DNA of 64,000 nucleotides from Paraspadella gotoi (taxonomy: Eukaryota; Animalia; Chaetognatha): positions 3,466,554-3,530,553 of the forward strand of contig CM119270.1 in the NCBI GenBank assembly GCA_051294375.1, given 5' to 3'. Both the position numbers and the translations under genes were made by a program. Shown here one piece after another: positions 38,888 through 55,474 of the stretch (the first letter of the stretch is position 1; the number at the start of each line of letters is the position of its first letter). Under the pieces are notes generated by a model that was not told the DNA's origin, did no database searches, and worked only from the letters and a program-made list of their open reading frames with translations.

Positions 38888-38960
38888 TTGTTATCGAGCC
38901 AGGACAGGCTTCGCCTGGTCCTGGCTCTATAATGTTTTAGGATTGCTTCTTTGTGACGTA

Positions 38961-38994
<34 letters not shown>

Positions 38995-39435
38995 GCGTCG
39001 TCGTCGGCGTCACGCTGTTTTTATATAAAAACTACTGCGCTTTTATAGTTTTGGCTGGGACTTACCGTTTTTTTAAACTAAAATCCCAAATTTACATCCG
39101 AGATTTTGTGGATTTATTCTCTTTCTTTCTCTCTCTCTCTCTTTCACTCATACATGCATTTGTTTGTTTTATTTACGATCATCGCGTCAATGAATGACTA
39201 TCATCGCATTAATGAATGACTATCATCGAATCAAGGAAAGATTATCATCACATCAATGAATGACTATCATCGCATCAATCATTTTGTTATCATCACATCA
39301 ATCATTTCGCTATCATCGCATCAATTATTGGTTATCATCGCATCAATATTTGGTTTTCATTGCATCAATAATTGGTTACCATCGCATCAATAATCAATTA
39401 CTTGCTGGCTCGATCCTTATGCTTTTAAGATTTTT
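38888..39435 (+). mobile_element. Non-autonomous Helentron-type element (HINE/DINE-1-like)
   Basis: Subterminal inverted repeats ATCGAGCCAG (38893-38902) and CTGGCTCGAT (39405-39414); 5' hairpin 38896-38927; (GTC)n microsatellite; ~10 internal ~22-bp repeats (ATCATCGCATCAAT core); short 3' stem-loop CTTA..TAAG followed by a T-run. Confidence 0.7.
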
Positions 39436-39456
39436 CTCTTATTGGTTTTGTTGTTG

Positions 39457-39544
<88 letters not shown>

Positions 39545-39549
39545 TTTAC

Positions 39550-40842
39550 CTCTTTCTAAAAAGATGGTGTTCGAGAGGACGGAGGAGACGAAATCCCGAA
39601 ATTCTTCATTTTCTTTCTCTTCTTCTTCTTCTTCCTCTTTCTTTTCTCTTTTCTTTCCTTTGCCTCCTTCTCCTTCTCCTTCCCTCCTCGCGGCGCCGGT
39701 TTTCGTCACGGCGCCATCTCTCATCAAGACGGCGTCGACGTCTTCTTCGATACCAACGCCGCCATTGACGCATGACGCCGTTCCAAAAAACGCGCCGTTT
39801 TGGAACCACGCCGCCATCAGTCTGTCATCGTCGTTTTCGTCGTCGGCAACGTCGCAACCAACGGCGAATTCGTCGTTGGTCTTCGTTTTCCCGCCATCCA
39901 CGGCTTCGTGATCTTTGCCCACAGTCTCCTCCGCATTGACCACTTGAGCGTGGTCGGCGTGGTTTCCCCATCTCGAGCGAGTGTGGTCTCCGGACTCTGT
40001 GGCTTTTTCATCGTCCATCGTTTTTTTTGGAACTCGGGGGAAGATGTTTTTTTCGACGTCGTCGTCGTCGTCGTCGTCGTCATTGTCGTCCTCATTGTCG
40101 TCGTCGTCGTCCACTTGAATGACCTTTAATGATTTCTCATTCAATATCTTCGTCCTATTTTCGTCTCCCTTACCAATATCGATGTCCAATGCCTCACCCA
40201 AGACCTTATCTCCCTTTCCGCCTGTCAACTCCCCAGCACCGCCTGACAACTTCCCTGCAACGCCTGTCAGATCTCCAGCACCGCCTGACACCTCCCCGGC
40301 ACCGCCTGTCAAGCACTTGGCCATAATCGTGCCCTCTGACGCTTCATCGATCTTTGTCTTCGCGTTTCCATCGGAAACGGATATCTTGGGCGAACGAAGA
40401 GGCGCGTTCATTGGCGCGTTCATCGGCTCGTTCATGGGAACATTCATTGGCTCGTTTATTGGCGCGTTCCTCGGCGCGTTCAACGACGCGTTCATTTGAA
40501 CGTTCATCGGTGCATCAATTGTCTCGTTCATCAGAGCATTCATTGGCTCGTTTATTGGCGCGTTCTTCGGTTCATTCATCGGCGAGTTCATTGGTGGTTT
40601 TCTCGGTGCATTCATCGGCTCTTTCATGGGCGCGTTCATCAACGTGTCAATTGTCGCGTTAAATGACGCCGCTTTCTCTTCGACGGGTCCCTTCCACTCA
40701 CGGACGTAGTTGTTGTTATTGTTGTTGTAATTGTTATTATTGTTGTTGTTGTTAAGGCCATTGGTCCCAATTTGGTCGTCGTCGTCCTCGTTGTGGGTCG
40801 AATTTTTGCGAAAGTGAAAGATGTTCAGCGCCGCCTTTCGGT
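39550..40842 (-). CDS. Large low-complexity internal exon (431 codons) of an unidentified, probably disordered protein
   Basis: Inside the 484-aa ORF 39425-40879. Acceptor TTTTTCCCTCAG| at 40842 and donor GAG|GTAAAG at 39550, both phase 1; length 1293 = 431x3. Contains poly-N, PMNA/PMNE tetrapeptide repeats, TGGAGEL heptapeptide repeats, poly-D and E/K runs. Confidence 0.6.
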
Positions 40843-41695
40843 CTGAGGGAAAAACATAGAAACAAAAACGTAAAACCAAATGATGAATGATCTACCAGCA
40901 GCGATCGATGGACCATAATTAACGGGATTAACCCGATCCGTTAATAACCTGATTATCTTCTTCCTTTTTTTTTTTTTTTTTTTTTTTTTTTGCACACGAC
41001 CTGATAATGAACAAGATTTATCGGAATCACGAACAAACTTCTTCCAAGTAAAACTTCGCTGCATTTCTCACAGTTAGATCGTCATTGTGATCTGTGATTG
41101 TTGATTTCTAATTTGTGACTTAGGATCTGCGACTTGTGTTTCGTGAGACTCTCATGCAGTTTCGTTTATTTACTCCCAGAGTATCTTCCCTATCAATAAT
41201 TTTCATTTGTGATTTTAGGTCATTGATTTACGATTTGTGCTTTGTGCTTTGTGCTTTGTGATTTGCGGTCGGTAATCTGTGATCCACCCGGGACTCACCG
41301 TTTGATCGATTTCCCGTCACTCGAATTATCGTCGACATTTTCTTCTTCTTCTTTTTTTTACTCAAGATTTCGTCGTCATTTTTTTTTCGTATTGTAAAAT
41401 CTAGTTTTTTTGGATATTTATTTTGTCAATTGAAAATTTAGGCATCAGTACTATATTATTTTAACGTAAATTGTTTTGAATTGATTCACGTTGTTTTCAT
41501 TTTATTTTGCAAAGTATTAATTTATTTTTTAACTTCCAAAAAAATCTTTATTCCTATTTTTGACTTTTGTTTTCAAATTCGTAGGACAGGCGTCGCTGTC
41601 GTCAGTTTGATTCGACGCTGATTCGATGACTAATTATTTTCCTGAGGAAAAATCGGGGTAAACGTGATATTTTTTTGCGCTCATCTATATATTTA

Positions 41696-41767
<72 letters not shown>

Positions 41768-41897
41768 TTTTTCGGTGGAATCTTTCTTTCAATTCGGTAT
41801 ATATTTGTATTTCACCTTAGTGCCAAAAAAAAAGCAATTTTGTCTTTCTTTTGCTTTTTAACCTTTGAGAGAAAAAGAAAGTGACAGAGAGGGAGTG

Positions 41898-41963
<66 letters not shown>

Positions 41964-42698
41964 TATTTGATTTACTCTGCTCAAATTGTGAAAATCAAAG
42001 TATTGCCAATTTTTACTCACAATTTAAAGAAAACCTAACTATAGTAAAAATTTAATATATACATATTAGCTAAATACAAACAATAGAATTCATTTTACAA
42101 TTTACCAATTGCAACTTTTTGCATTTTTAATTGTGCGCTAAAAAAATCTCAGTGTTTTAAAAAAAAGTTTAAAAAAAGAAAAAAGGTCACAAAAAATATA
42201 ATTGGAAACAAAATAGTTAGAATTTTTTATTGTGAAAAATAAAATTTCTGAACCGTGAACGTGACTTCGGTGAACGTGACTTCTGTTATAAAATTAAAAT
42301 TGGAGTTTGTAGAATTTTTAAAATTCTTTTTGTCAGTAATAATGGTAGACGGTATTTAATTCATAGCAACCATTTTTAGTATTGTCTTATTTGTTTAGTA
42401 TATCGTTGGAGAGAAAAAGATGTTCCGACATCAAAGGAAAAAAAGTGAAAAGCTTCGGTATTTGAAGAAGAATTTGTCTAAGAGGATAAAAAGAAAGATA
42501 GAAAAAAGAAAGAAAGAAAGAAAGAAAGATAAGAAAGAAAGAAAGGAAAAGAAAAGAAAGAAAACAACTAAAATGAAAGAAAAAATGAAAAACGAAAGAA
42601 AGAAAAAAGTACAAAGACGGAGAGACGGACAGACGGAGCTTCCACAGATGCCCTCATTCCAGGAGGGTTTTAATGAAGTGAAATATTTTCTTTCTCTC

Positions 42699-42744
<46 letters not shown>

Positions 42745-44343
42745 GCTCCACATTTTTTCCCTACCTGTCCTCCCTTCAATCGCCCACTGAGTTTCATCCT
42801 TAATCCTCGAGACGAAATTCCTGTGAAAACTTTAATTCTGATTCCAGTTCATTAATTCATGATTCTCACTCACGACGCGATATTTCTCTTCATCTCTATC
42901 TCTATTTCTAATCAATCTCTCTATTTCTAATTTATCTCTCTATTTCTAATCTATCTCTCTATTTCTCCTAGTCTCTATTTATATCTTGCTCTATTTTCGT
43001 TTTAAAAAAAAGCAAAAAACAAAAATGCTTTTTTCTTCTTATTTTTTTTTCTCAGTCAATAGCGACTAGAAATTGCGACCGATTTTTTTCTACAAAAGAA
43101 ATGCGATTGAATTATTTTAAACATGTAAAACATGGAAATCGAGCCTTTTTCTACGAATCGAAAATTGTTAGTATAATGGTACAGCTGAATAAAAAGCTGA
43201 ATAAACAGCTGAATAAACAGCCGAATAAAAAGTAAATATACGTTAAAAATCTGTGAAATTTTGATTTTTTTTTTAATTGCACTAAGGAACAGAAAAAGAT
43301 AAACAAAAAAAAAACCATTTCACCAAAATTTGAAAATGAAACGAAAAAAGAAAAACGTCAATTGACGCTTAACAATGGATGATGATCGATCGGAGTCAAG
43401 TCAAAGACATGACGTGACATGACATGACATGACATGAAGCGGCCGATCGGAAGAAACGAGACTAGAAAACGGAATGTCCAAACCACCGACTAAAATCTGC
43501 CATTTTTTTTGTTTCCTTTTTTTATTTTCTAGTTTTGGCGGGTGGGAAGAACTAGAAAAATGTAGTATTCGAACGGAAATAATAATAAATATCACATTAT
43601 GTTTACATATCGTCAAGTTCGGCTTCTTTAAAACTAACAACCATTAAAGTTCGCTAAGTTATACATTTTTATTAGCGTATTAGCGTACTCAACTATGCAT
43701 GGGTTCACCTTGTTTAATTTAGAAAAAATAATTTTTATTTAAACATTTTTTTTACAAAATTGATTGAAAAAGTACTGATTTTATGAAGAAAATAAAAAAG
43801 GGAATTCCTTTTACATAATTAAATACGCAATTAATATATTTACGAGAAAGAAATGTATTTAAATATTAAATAATAAATTGGATCTCGACTAACAAATACG
43901 CGAAAGAGTTAAAAATATTTCTTTGGTCTTTAGATCTTTAACCTTCCCAAAATAAAGCGATGGACACAAAGTCCTATTTATATATTTACTAGTATAATAT
44001 TTTATTTGACTAAAAGAAAAACCCCAACATTGAGGTTCTCCGCTTTTAAATTCCTTTCGTAAAATCAAGAGCTACTAAATCTCTATATAATTCGTCCTCC
44101 CACAGTATCGTACAGTATCGTACAGTATCGAACAGTATCGAACGGTATCGAACGGTATCGAACGGTATCCAAGGCGTCGAAAGTTCCATCGGTCGATCCC
44201 GCGTTTCGGCGTGTGTCCGGTTTCTTATTTTCCGGAAGGCGAGAACCCAGCCCGCCCTCTCACCGGCAACCTGACCCCCCCCCAAAACTCGCTCCCAATC
44301 GCCTCGTCCCCCCCTCCTCCCCCCTCCATCTCCCCCCCCCATT

Positions 44344-44736
44344 TCAGTTCCATATCTTGAGCGAGTTGTCCAAGAGCCAGAGACCATCGCTTGACCGTCG
44401 GGCGAAACTTGGAGGCAGTTGACGCGGGATTCGTGCCCGTTGTTCGATCGGTGATTGAGGTGAACTGAGAAGGAAGGAAAAAGGGGGGGGGAAGGTGGCG
44501 AGGATTGCAAACAGGACGAACCGGAAATAATCTCTTTTTTTTTGGTATTAAATTAAAATTTAATTATATTTCTTTTTAAATTATTTATTTATTTATTTGA
44601 ATTCATTCATCATCTTTTTATTTATTTATTTTTGTATCAATTTTTTATTTATTTATTTTTTGTATCAATCTTTTTTTTATTATTTTTTGTATCATTTTAT
44701 TTTATTTTTCATCTTTTATTTATTTATTTATTATTT

Positions 44737-44792
<56 letters not shown>

Positions 44793-44795
44793 TTG

Positions 44796-44830
<35 letters not shown>

Positions 44831-46412
44831 TTATTTATTTATTTATTTATTTATTTATTATAATATCTCTATTCTTATTTCATCTTCGGGATCTGACCGA
44901 TGTCATGTCCGGCGGAACGTCCCAGCCCACGATATCGCCGTTGTCCAAACCGGCGAAGAGAATGGAACCAGATTTGAAAAGTCGATGGTCATGACCCCGA
45001 AGCCTCCGTCCTCGGTCCGACGGGTAGGTCGCCACGCACTGGGAGAGGTAAGGTTGAGTCAAAAATGGGGAGAAAGGCGAGGTAAGGCATTTGAGGGAAG
45101 ATTGGTTGCTGAATAAATGAATTGAAAAAGTCGATCAATAAAAATTATTTACTTTTACTGAATATAAATGTAGAGACGGAATAAAATACAAATTATTCTG
45201 TCCAAAATAAGGGACACAAATAGCTTATTTTAAATAGATAATTTAATATCAATTTTATTAAAAAGTTTTCACTGGACTTTTGTTTAATTTGTTCAAAAAC
45301 TCCGCAATATCCGCTAGAGCGCAGCGCAATGTTCACCTGATCCGCTCGGAGGTCGAACAAAAGACAACCGCCCCGCTGCCGCCCTCGCCGCTGCCGTCCG
45401 AGCCGCTGGCGAAGGCGAAACCGCTTGGATGAAACTGTCAAGAAAACCAGAGGACGTCTTGTCAAGTTGTTTAAAGTTTAAACCTTGGGATATTGATGGA
45501 TATTTATGATAATAATATTTAAATAATAAACTTCGCTTACGGCCACGCTGTTGACGTCCCCGCCAAAAGTCTCAAAGGATTGTTTGCAGCGTCCGTCCCG
45601 AAACGTCCCAGATCTGATCGTTTGTATACAGAATTTAAAATCATTATTTTTTAAGTATATATGAAGTTTTGTGAACGATTATTTATATAAGAATGACTTA
45701 CAAGCTTCACAGCTTGTAACAGTGACACGTTTAAATAATAAACGAACACTTTGCAATTCTAATCACTATAACACGAAAAAGGTTACAAGTATATATAAGT
45801 ATAAACGTTGACATTAATGCTAGTTAAACAAAAATTGTAATAATTGCATTGAGTTACAAGCAACTGCTATCACCTTGCAATATTTATCACAAGCGCCAGT
45901 AATCATTGTTCTTCCGTCTGTTGACAACGCGATCGTCATTACGTCGGCCTCGTGACCTGGAATCAAAACAAAACATTATTACAATTTGATAGATTATTCT
46001 ATTGTTCTATTCTTTAATTAATTTACTACTGAAAATGAAAATCAGGAAATACATTTTATTAATGTTTCAAGGAGAAAAAAAAAATCAGATTATCAACGAA
46101 ATGAATTAAGTTTTATTAAAACTACTGTTAAAAAAAAAAAGAATTAAATTAACATTAACAACTGATGGATTAAAAAAAAAGGTGAACGTCGTCCGTGAGA
46201 CTCGTGACGCCCCGTGACGTTCTTGACGTGACCGACCTGTGAATCTGGTGATCTCCGCGGCGCCGTCGATGTCCGAGTCTGCAGGTGTGGTCGCCCGACG
46301 CCGTCATCATCTGCTTATCCCCGTTGAGAAATGGCAACTCGACAAGTAACCGTGTGACCCTGGAGAGAGAGAGAGGGGGCGGGAAGAGGGGCGGGAAAGA
46401 GGGAGAGGGAAA

Positions 46413-46481
<69 letters not shown>

Positions 46482-46783
46482 GACAATGGAAATATTCAAC
46501 TATTACAGTTACAGCTTTTAAATTTCCGACTTGAATTTTAATTTTTTTTAACAAGTATTTTTTTTTTAATGAATAAACGATAATGAAGAAGAAAAATGAT
46601 GTCCACGAGATAAAAAATGAAAAGGAAATTGAGACGAAAATGATGCAAATGAAAGACTTGATTACCAGGTTCATTTTGTTATAGATATATGATTTTTTTT
46701 AAACATCGGCCACACATTCTTGTTTAATTTTCTTTTTTGTCATTTTTTCGATTTTTCTTTAAGATTTAAAAAAAAAGAGACTT

Positions 46784-46868
<85 letters not shown>

Positions 46869-46927
46869 CATCTGTCGTCGGTGAGATTTATGCATGAGAG
46901 GGAGTTTGTTAATCGCAGGGGGGTGGT

Positions 46928-47018
<91 letters not shown>

Positions 47019-47233
47019 CATATAAAAAAGGAAAATCGAAACTTAATCAGAAAAAACTTCCTCTTTTTCTTCTCACCTGCAGCCGACATTGTTCCCGCTG
47101 CGCTGATCCGTCGGGGTGCAGTCAACGAAATAACGCTGCAGCAGTTATCGAGTCCTCCTGCAGCGACGCAGCCGCCGTTGGAGGCGAAGGCGCAGCACAT
47201 GACCCACGAGTTTTGTAGGGGGATTGCGTTTAC
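44344..47233 (-). CDS. GNB: G-protein beta subunit (WD40), 3' exons, copy A: 47233-47077, 46359-46237, 45956-45874, 45613-45541, 45434-45337, 45038-44898, 44464-44344
   Basis: Peptides [114 protein letters not shown](D)NSLKIWN* match G-beta. GT-AG boundaries. Several 1-nt indels differ between copies, so they are probably sequence errors. One phase mismatch (47077 to 46359) implies an unresolved small exon. Confidence 0.9.
44575..44860 (+). repeat. (TTTA)n microsatellite in the last G-beta intron (again at 47410-47670 and 63770-64000)
   Basis: Direct reading. Confidence 0.9.
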
Positions 47234-47382
47234 CTTAAAACAAAGGACTAGTCAGTTAGTTGGACTAAATTAGGAATGTTAAATATAAAAAAAAACTTTA
47301 GCAATATCTCTATAAACTTCCCTTGTTACTTGCGCCGAAATCTTAATTAAATTTAAANNNNNNNNNNNNNNNNNNNNNNNNN

Positions 47383-50092
<2,710 letters not shown>

Positions 50093-50754
50093 CACGCATC
50101 GACAGATAGAATTCGACTAACTTATAATACAACTGATTAATTATTAGGGGAAGTGCTGCCAGTATGAGTTTCTTTTTTCGAATGAATTCAATACCTTATA
50201 ATAACACTATCTCGTTAAATACGATCGCTTTTAATGACTAAGTTTTTTTTCTTTAATAATTGGCCAAGCAGAGGCTTCTTGAAAATATATTTATATTAGA
50301 ATAATTCAATAAGGTTGAGAAAAAAGCGATAATGCTATGCCTCCTCACTCGGAGTTACTTTTCCTTCGCATTTCCTGACTTACTTTCACATAGAACTCAC
50401 CCTTTGTTTCCCTCGTCATGGGCGTCCACACCAAAAGTTTTCCGTACTGGAGCATGCTGAACAATATGTGGCGGCTGGGAAAGGAGAGGAAAAAGAAAGG
50501 GGAAAATGAAGAGAGTGAGAGATGAAGAGGCAGGGGGAAGGGAGGAAGAGGAGAGGAGGGGAGAGGGAATGCGAGGGAGCCGAAGAGATGAGAGTGAGGA
50601 AGAAGGGAGGGCGGGAGGGAGATGGGAGGGAGCGAGAGATGAAGAGGAGGAAGAAGGAGGGGAGGTAGAGAAAGAAAGGGAGACGTGTAGGATAAGAGAG
50701 AGGAAGGTGCAAAACAAGGAAATACAGTAGGGGGAGAAATAGAAGAGTAGAGAG

Positions 50755-50803
<49 letters not shown>

Positions 50804-52045
50804 AGAGAGAGAGAAGGAGAATAGAAAGAGAGAATGAGAACGAAGAAGAGAAGAGAAAAGAAGAGAGAGAGTTGCTTCGAAAGAGAGGAATTATAAGTCT
50901 CAAAGTGAAAAGAAATCTTTTTTTTTTTCAAAATGGCGGTCATCGACGGCGAACTTCGTCAGCCGACATACTACGAGTTCTTGAGTCCTTGAAAAACAAC
51001 AACGACAAACCATAACAACAACAAGGAAACAAAATTGCAATCGCCATTAACGGTTTTGATGTTAGGACGAATCGCGACGCCTTATCTCATTTTCTTTCCT
51101 CATTTGCAATTGACTTCGGGAGGGCGATTTGACTACATAATGCAAATTTGCAATCCGCGTCTAAGAGCAACATCAAAGATCCCATGTAGATGAATAACTG
51201 AAAAAATAAACTGCAACGACGACAACAACGACCAATAAAAAATAACAATAACAGCGATAATTGAAAATTAAAACATCAACGACGACAACACATCAATAAA
51301 AAAAAACAATTAACAACAATCACAAAAAACAAACTACAGTATCAATAACAATAAAAATACAATGACCGGACAACAACATCATAACAACAATACAATAACA
51401 ACCAATGACAGCAACTAATAACAATTAAAAGAAACAACGACGACAACGACAACAACAACAACATATCTAACAATGAAAACAACCACAATAACAAGCAACA
51501 ACAACGGACGACAACCTTCTCACCTTCCATCCCCCGCCCACTGGAGAGCGTAGACTTTAGGCCAAATGTCCTCGCATATTTTTTTGGCATTTGTATTTTT
51601 TTGGTCGGCAGAGGGCGGCCCATCGACCCGCGATCTGGGTGAGTCGGTCGAGCGTGGTCGGAGTGGTGAGAAGTGGAGGTCAGAAGGGTTAAGGACAGGA
51701 AAAAGAAAAGAAAAAGGAAAAAAAAGAAGAACAAGAAAAGTAGAAGGAAAAGAAAAGTAAAATAAAAAGTGAATAAAAAAAAGAGAGAATAGATGAGGTT
51801 AAGGGAGAAAGGTAAGTAAGTCCGTGATCTACAGAACCCATTTTTAGATCAACGTAAACTTTAGTAATTTGATTTGCAAATGCTTTTTAAAAATCGTATA
51901 AATAATTCAAAATTGCGCATATTGCGAGCCGAATAGTTTGAAAACTCTCACTCCTCTCTCTCTTCTCTCTCCACTCCCTCTTATCTCTAACCCTCTTCAA
52001 CATAGCTTTGAGTCCGTCGACATCTTCTGACCTTTTCTTTCTTCT

Positions 52046-52122
<77 letters not shown>

Positions 52123-52271
52123 ACCTCTCACTCTAGCCTCTAGTCTCCGTTCTCTGAACTCTCTGACCTTTCTCTCCTCTCTCTCTTCTACAATCATTAA
52201 CTCTCTCGTCCATCTCTTCTTCTTCTCTCTCTCTCTCTTCTCTCTCTCCCTCCGCTCCTCTTCTATCCCGC

Positions 52272-52315
<44 letters not shown>

Positions 52316-53259
52316 ACTTACCCTCATCAAGCATAAGCCTTGAGTGTCCGTTCGACAATCTCTGGACCTTTCTTTCTCTCTCTTCTCTCTCTCTCTTTTC
52401 CTCTTCTCTCTCTCATCTCTCCTTCTTTTTCCTCCCTCCCTCCCATTCACCTCCTAGTAATCCGTACTCTGACTTTCTCCTTCGTTTTTAGTCCTTTCAC
52501 TTTCACTTCCTGCCTTCGCCAACTGTTCCGCCTCCGTGAGAGAGGAGAGAGAGAGAGAGCGAGAGAAAGGAGAGATTGTCAGACGAGGAGAGAAGGGAGA
52601 GAACTGTGGAGAGACGACCCGGAAGAGAAGTGAGAGGAGGAGAGGGAGAGGTGAGTAGAGTGCAGACGCCATATGAAGTAAACCAGAAGAAGAAAGAAGA
52701 AAGAAAGAACGATGGGGAGAGAGAGCTGAAACTTATGAAGTCAATGTCAACCCACGACAAAACGCGAAGAGAATGAGAGATGGGATGGTGCGGAGGTGAT
52801 GGAAATGACATATTGCACATGGCCAGAACGTTACTCGTCTACTAAGAAGCTGGACATTGGGACTCGGAAGAAACCAGGGTTACAGGGGATTATGAGGGAA
52901 TAGGCTATGCGTATGCTACGTTTGGTATTGCTGATTAGAGTTTGTGAGTCGCGGGGAGGGCATTGACCGACGAGGCCGGAAAGGAAATTTTTGTTCGATG
53001 ACCCAGAAATTATTACTTTCATCGAAGTAATATTTAATTCGCAATGCATTGGTTTAATTTATTATTTTAAGCAATACTCAACGTTTCTGCCAGATCTGCC
53101 ACTCGTCGCCGTCGTCTCGTCGTCTCCGTTCGTCGTCGCCTCTTGGAAATGTCGATGCCTCTGCGGTTTCAGACGAAAAAGCTGCCATGTTTTCGTCTTC
53201 ACGGAAAAACCTTTAAGATGAGGATGAAATTGCGAACAAGTTGAAGAGGAGAAACGTGG

Positions 53260-54090
53260 CAGAGAAGGAATAGGGAGGAAAGAAAGGGGGAGAAAGGGAA
53301 AGGGAAGCGAAAAAGAAGGAGGAAAGGAAAGGGAAAGAGAAGAGAAGGAAAGGAACGGAAAGGAAAGGAAAGAGAAGGAAAGGAAAGGAAAGAGAAGGAA
53401 AGGAAAGAGAAGGAAAGGAAACGCGAAAGCGAAAAGAAGAGAGGAAAGAAAGGAAAAGGAAAGAAGAAAGGAAGGAAAGGAAAGGAAAGAAAAGAAAAGA
53501 AGGAGAGGAAGAGAAGGAAAAATGAAAGAAAAGGAAATGAAAGCCGAAAAAGAAGGAACAGAAGAGTACAAGGAAAAGGAAAAGAAAAAAAGGGAAAGGA
53601 AATACAGAACGCGTACAAGCAGTGAAAAGGAAAAAGTAGGGAAAAAAAAGAAGAGGAGAGGAAAGGAAAGGAAAGTAAAGAGAAGGAAGGGAACGGAAAG
53701 GAAAATGGAAAGAAGGAAAAAAGAAAGAAGAAAGGAAAAGGAAAGGAAAGGAAAAAGAAAAACGGAAAGGAAGGAAAGGAAAAGGATAGGGGAAAGGAAG
53801 GAAAGAGGAAAGAGAAGGGAACCGGAAAGTACAGGAAAGGAAAATGAAAGGGAAAGTCCAGGAAAGAGAAGGAAAGGGAAAGGAAAGAAAGGCAAAGGAA
53901 AAAAAAGGAAAGGAAAAGAAAGGAAGGAAAGGAAAGGGAAAGGAAAGAGAAGGAGAACGGAAAGGAAAAAAGGAATGGAAAGGAAAAAGGAAAGGAAAGG
54001 AAAGTGGAAAGAAGGAAAGGAAGAAAGGAAGGAAAGGAAAGGAAAGGAAAGGAAAGGAAAGAAGAAAAGAAAGAAAGAAAGAGGAAAAAA
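53260..54090 (+). repeat. Purine-rich (GGAAA)n-type satellite
   Basis: Direct reading; explains the long Phe/Pro/Leu/Ser and Lys/Arg/Gly pseudo-ORFs. Confidence 0.9.
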
Positions 54091-54773
54091 ATGAAGGGCT
54101 GAAAAAAATAGGTGAATGTGAGNNNNNNNNNNNNNNNNNNNNNNNNNGAGAGAGAGAGAGAGAGAGAGAGATGGACAATGGAAATATTCAACTATTACAG
54201 TTACAGCTTTTAAATTTCCGACTTGAATTTTAATTTTTTTTAACAAGTATTTTTTTTTTTAATGAATAAACGATAATGAAGAAGAAAATGATGTCCACGA
54301 GATAAAAAATGAAAAGGAAATTGAGACGAAAATGATGCAAATGAAAGACTTGATTACCAGGTTCATTTTGTTATATGATATATGATTTAAACATCGGCCA
54401 CACATTCTTGTTTAATTTTCTTTTTTGTCATTTTTTCGATTTTTCTTTAAGATTTAAAAAAGAAAAGAGACTTAGAGAGAGAGAGAGAGAGGAGAGAGAG
54501 AGGAGAAGGAGAGAGAGGAGAGAGAGAGAGGAGAGAGAGAGGAGAGAGAGAGAGACTGCATCTGTCCGTCGAGATGATGATTTATGCATTGAGAGGGAGT
54601 ATTTGTAATTCGCAGGGGGGTGGTGAGAGAGAAAAGAGAGAGAGAGAGGAGAGAGAGAGGAGAGAGAGAGGAGAGAGAGAGAAGGAGAGAGAGAGAGAAA
54701 GGAGAGAGAGGAAAAACATATAAAAAAGGAAAATCGAAACTTAATCAGAAAAACTTCCTCTTTTTCTTCTCAC

Positions 54774-55423
54774 CTGCAGCCGACATTGTTCCCGCTGCGC
54801 TGATCCGTCGGGGTGCAGCAACGAATAAACGCTGCAGCAGTTATCGAGTCCTCCTGCAGCGACGCAGCCGCCGTTGGAGGCGAAGGCGCAGCACATGACC
54901 CACGAGTTTTGTAGGGGGATTGCGTTTACCTTAAAACAAAGGACTAGTCAGTTAGTTGGACTAAATTAGGAATGTTAAATATAAAAAAAAACTTTAGCAA
55001 AATATCTCTATAAACTTCCCTTGTTACTTGCGCCGAAATCTTAATTAAATTTAAACACGCATGACAGATAGAATTCGACTAACTTATAATACAACTGATA
55101 ATTTTAGGGGAAGTGCTGCAGTATGAGTTTCTTTTTTCGAATGAATTCAATACCTCTATAATAACACTATCTCGTTAAATACGATCGTTTAATGTACTAA
55201 GTTTTTTTCTTTAATAATTGCCAAGCAGAGGCTTCTTGAAAATATATTTTATATTAGAATAATTCAATAAGTTGAGAAAAAAGCTGATAATGCTATGCTC
55301 CTCACCTCGGAGTTACTTTTCCTCGATTCCCTGACTTACTTTCACATAGAACTCACCTTGTTTCCCGTCATGGCGTCCCACACCAAAAGTTTTCCGTCCT
55401 GAGATGCTGATACAATATGGCGG
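54774..55423 (-). CDS. GNB: G-protein beta subunit, copy C of two exons (55423-55357; ~54929-54774)
   Basis: 55423-55357 reads cleanly (S)[22 protein letters not shown] between CAG| and |GTGAGT. The next exon duplicates 47233-47077. Confidence 0.75.
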
Positions 55424-55474
55424 CTGGAAAGGAGAGGAAAAAGAAAAGGGGAAAATGAAGAGAGAAGAAGAGAT

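Noticed and set aside
53062-54246. 320-394 aa ORFs in all three minus frames
   Set aside because: Translation of a (TTTCC)n-type satellite and an N-gap. A possible noisy G-beta 5' exon at ~53080-53190 could not be validated.
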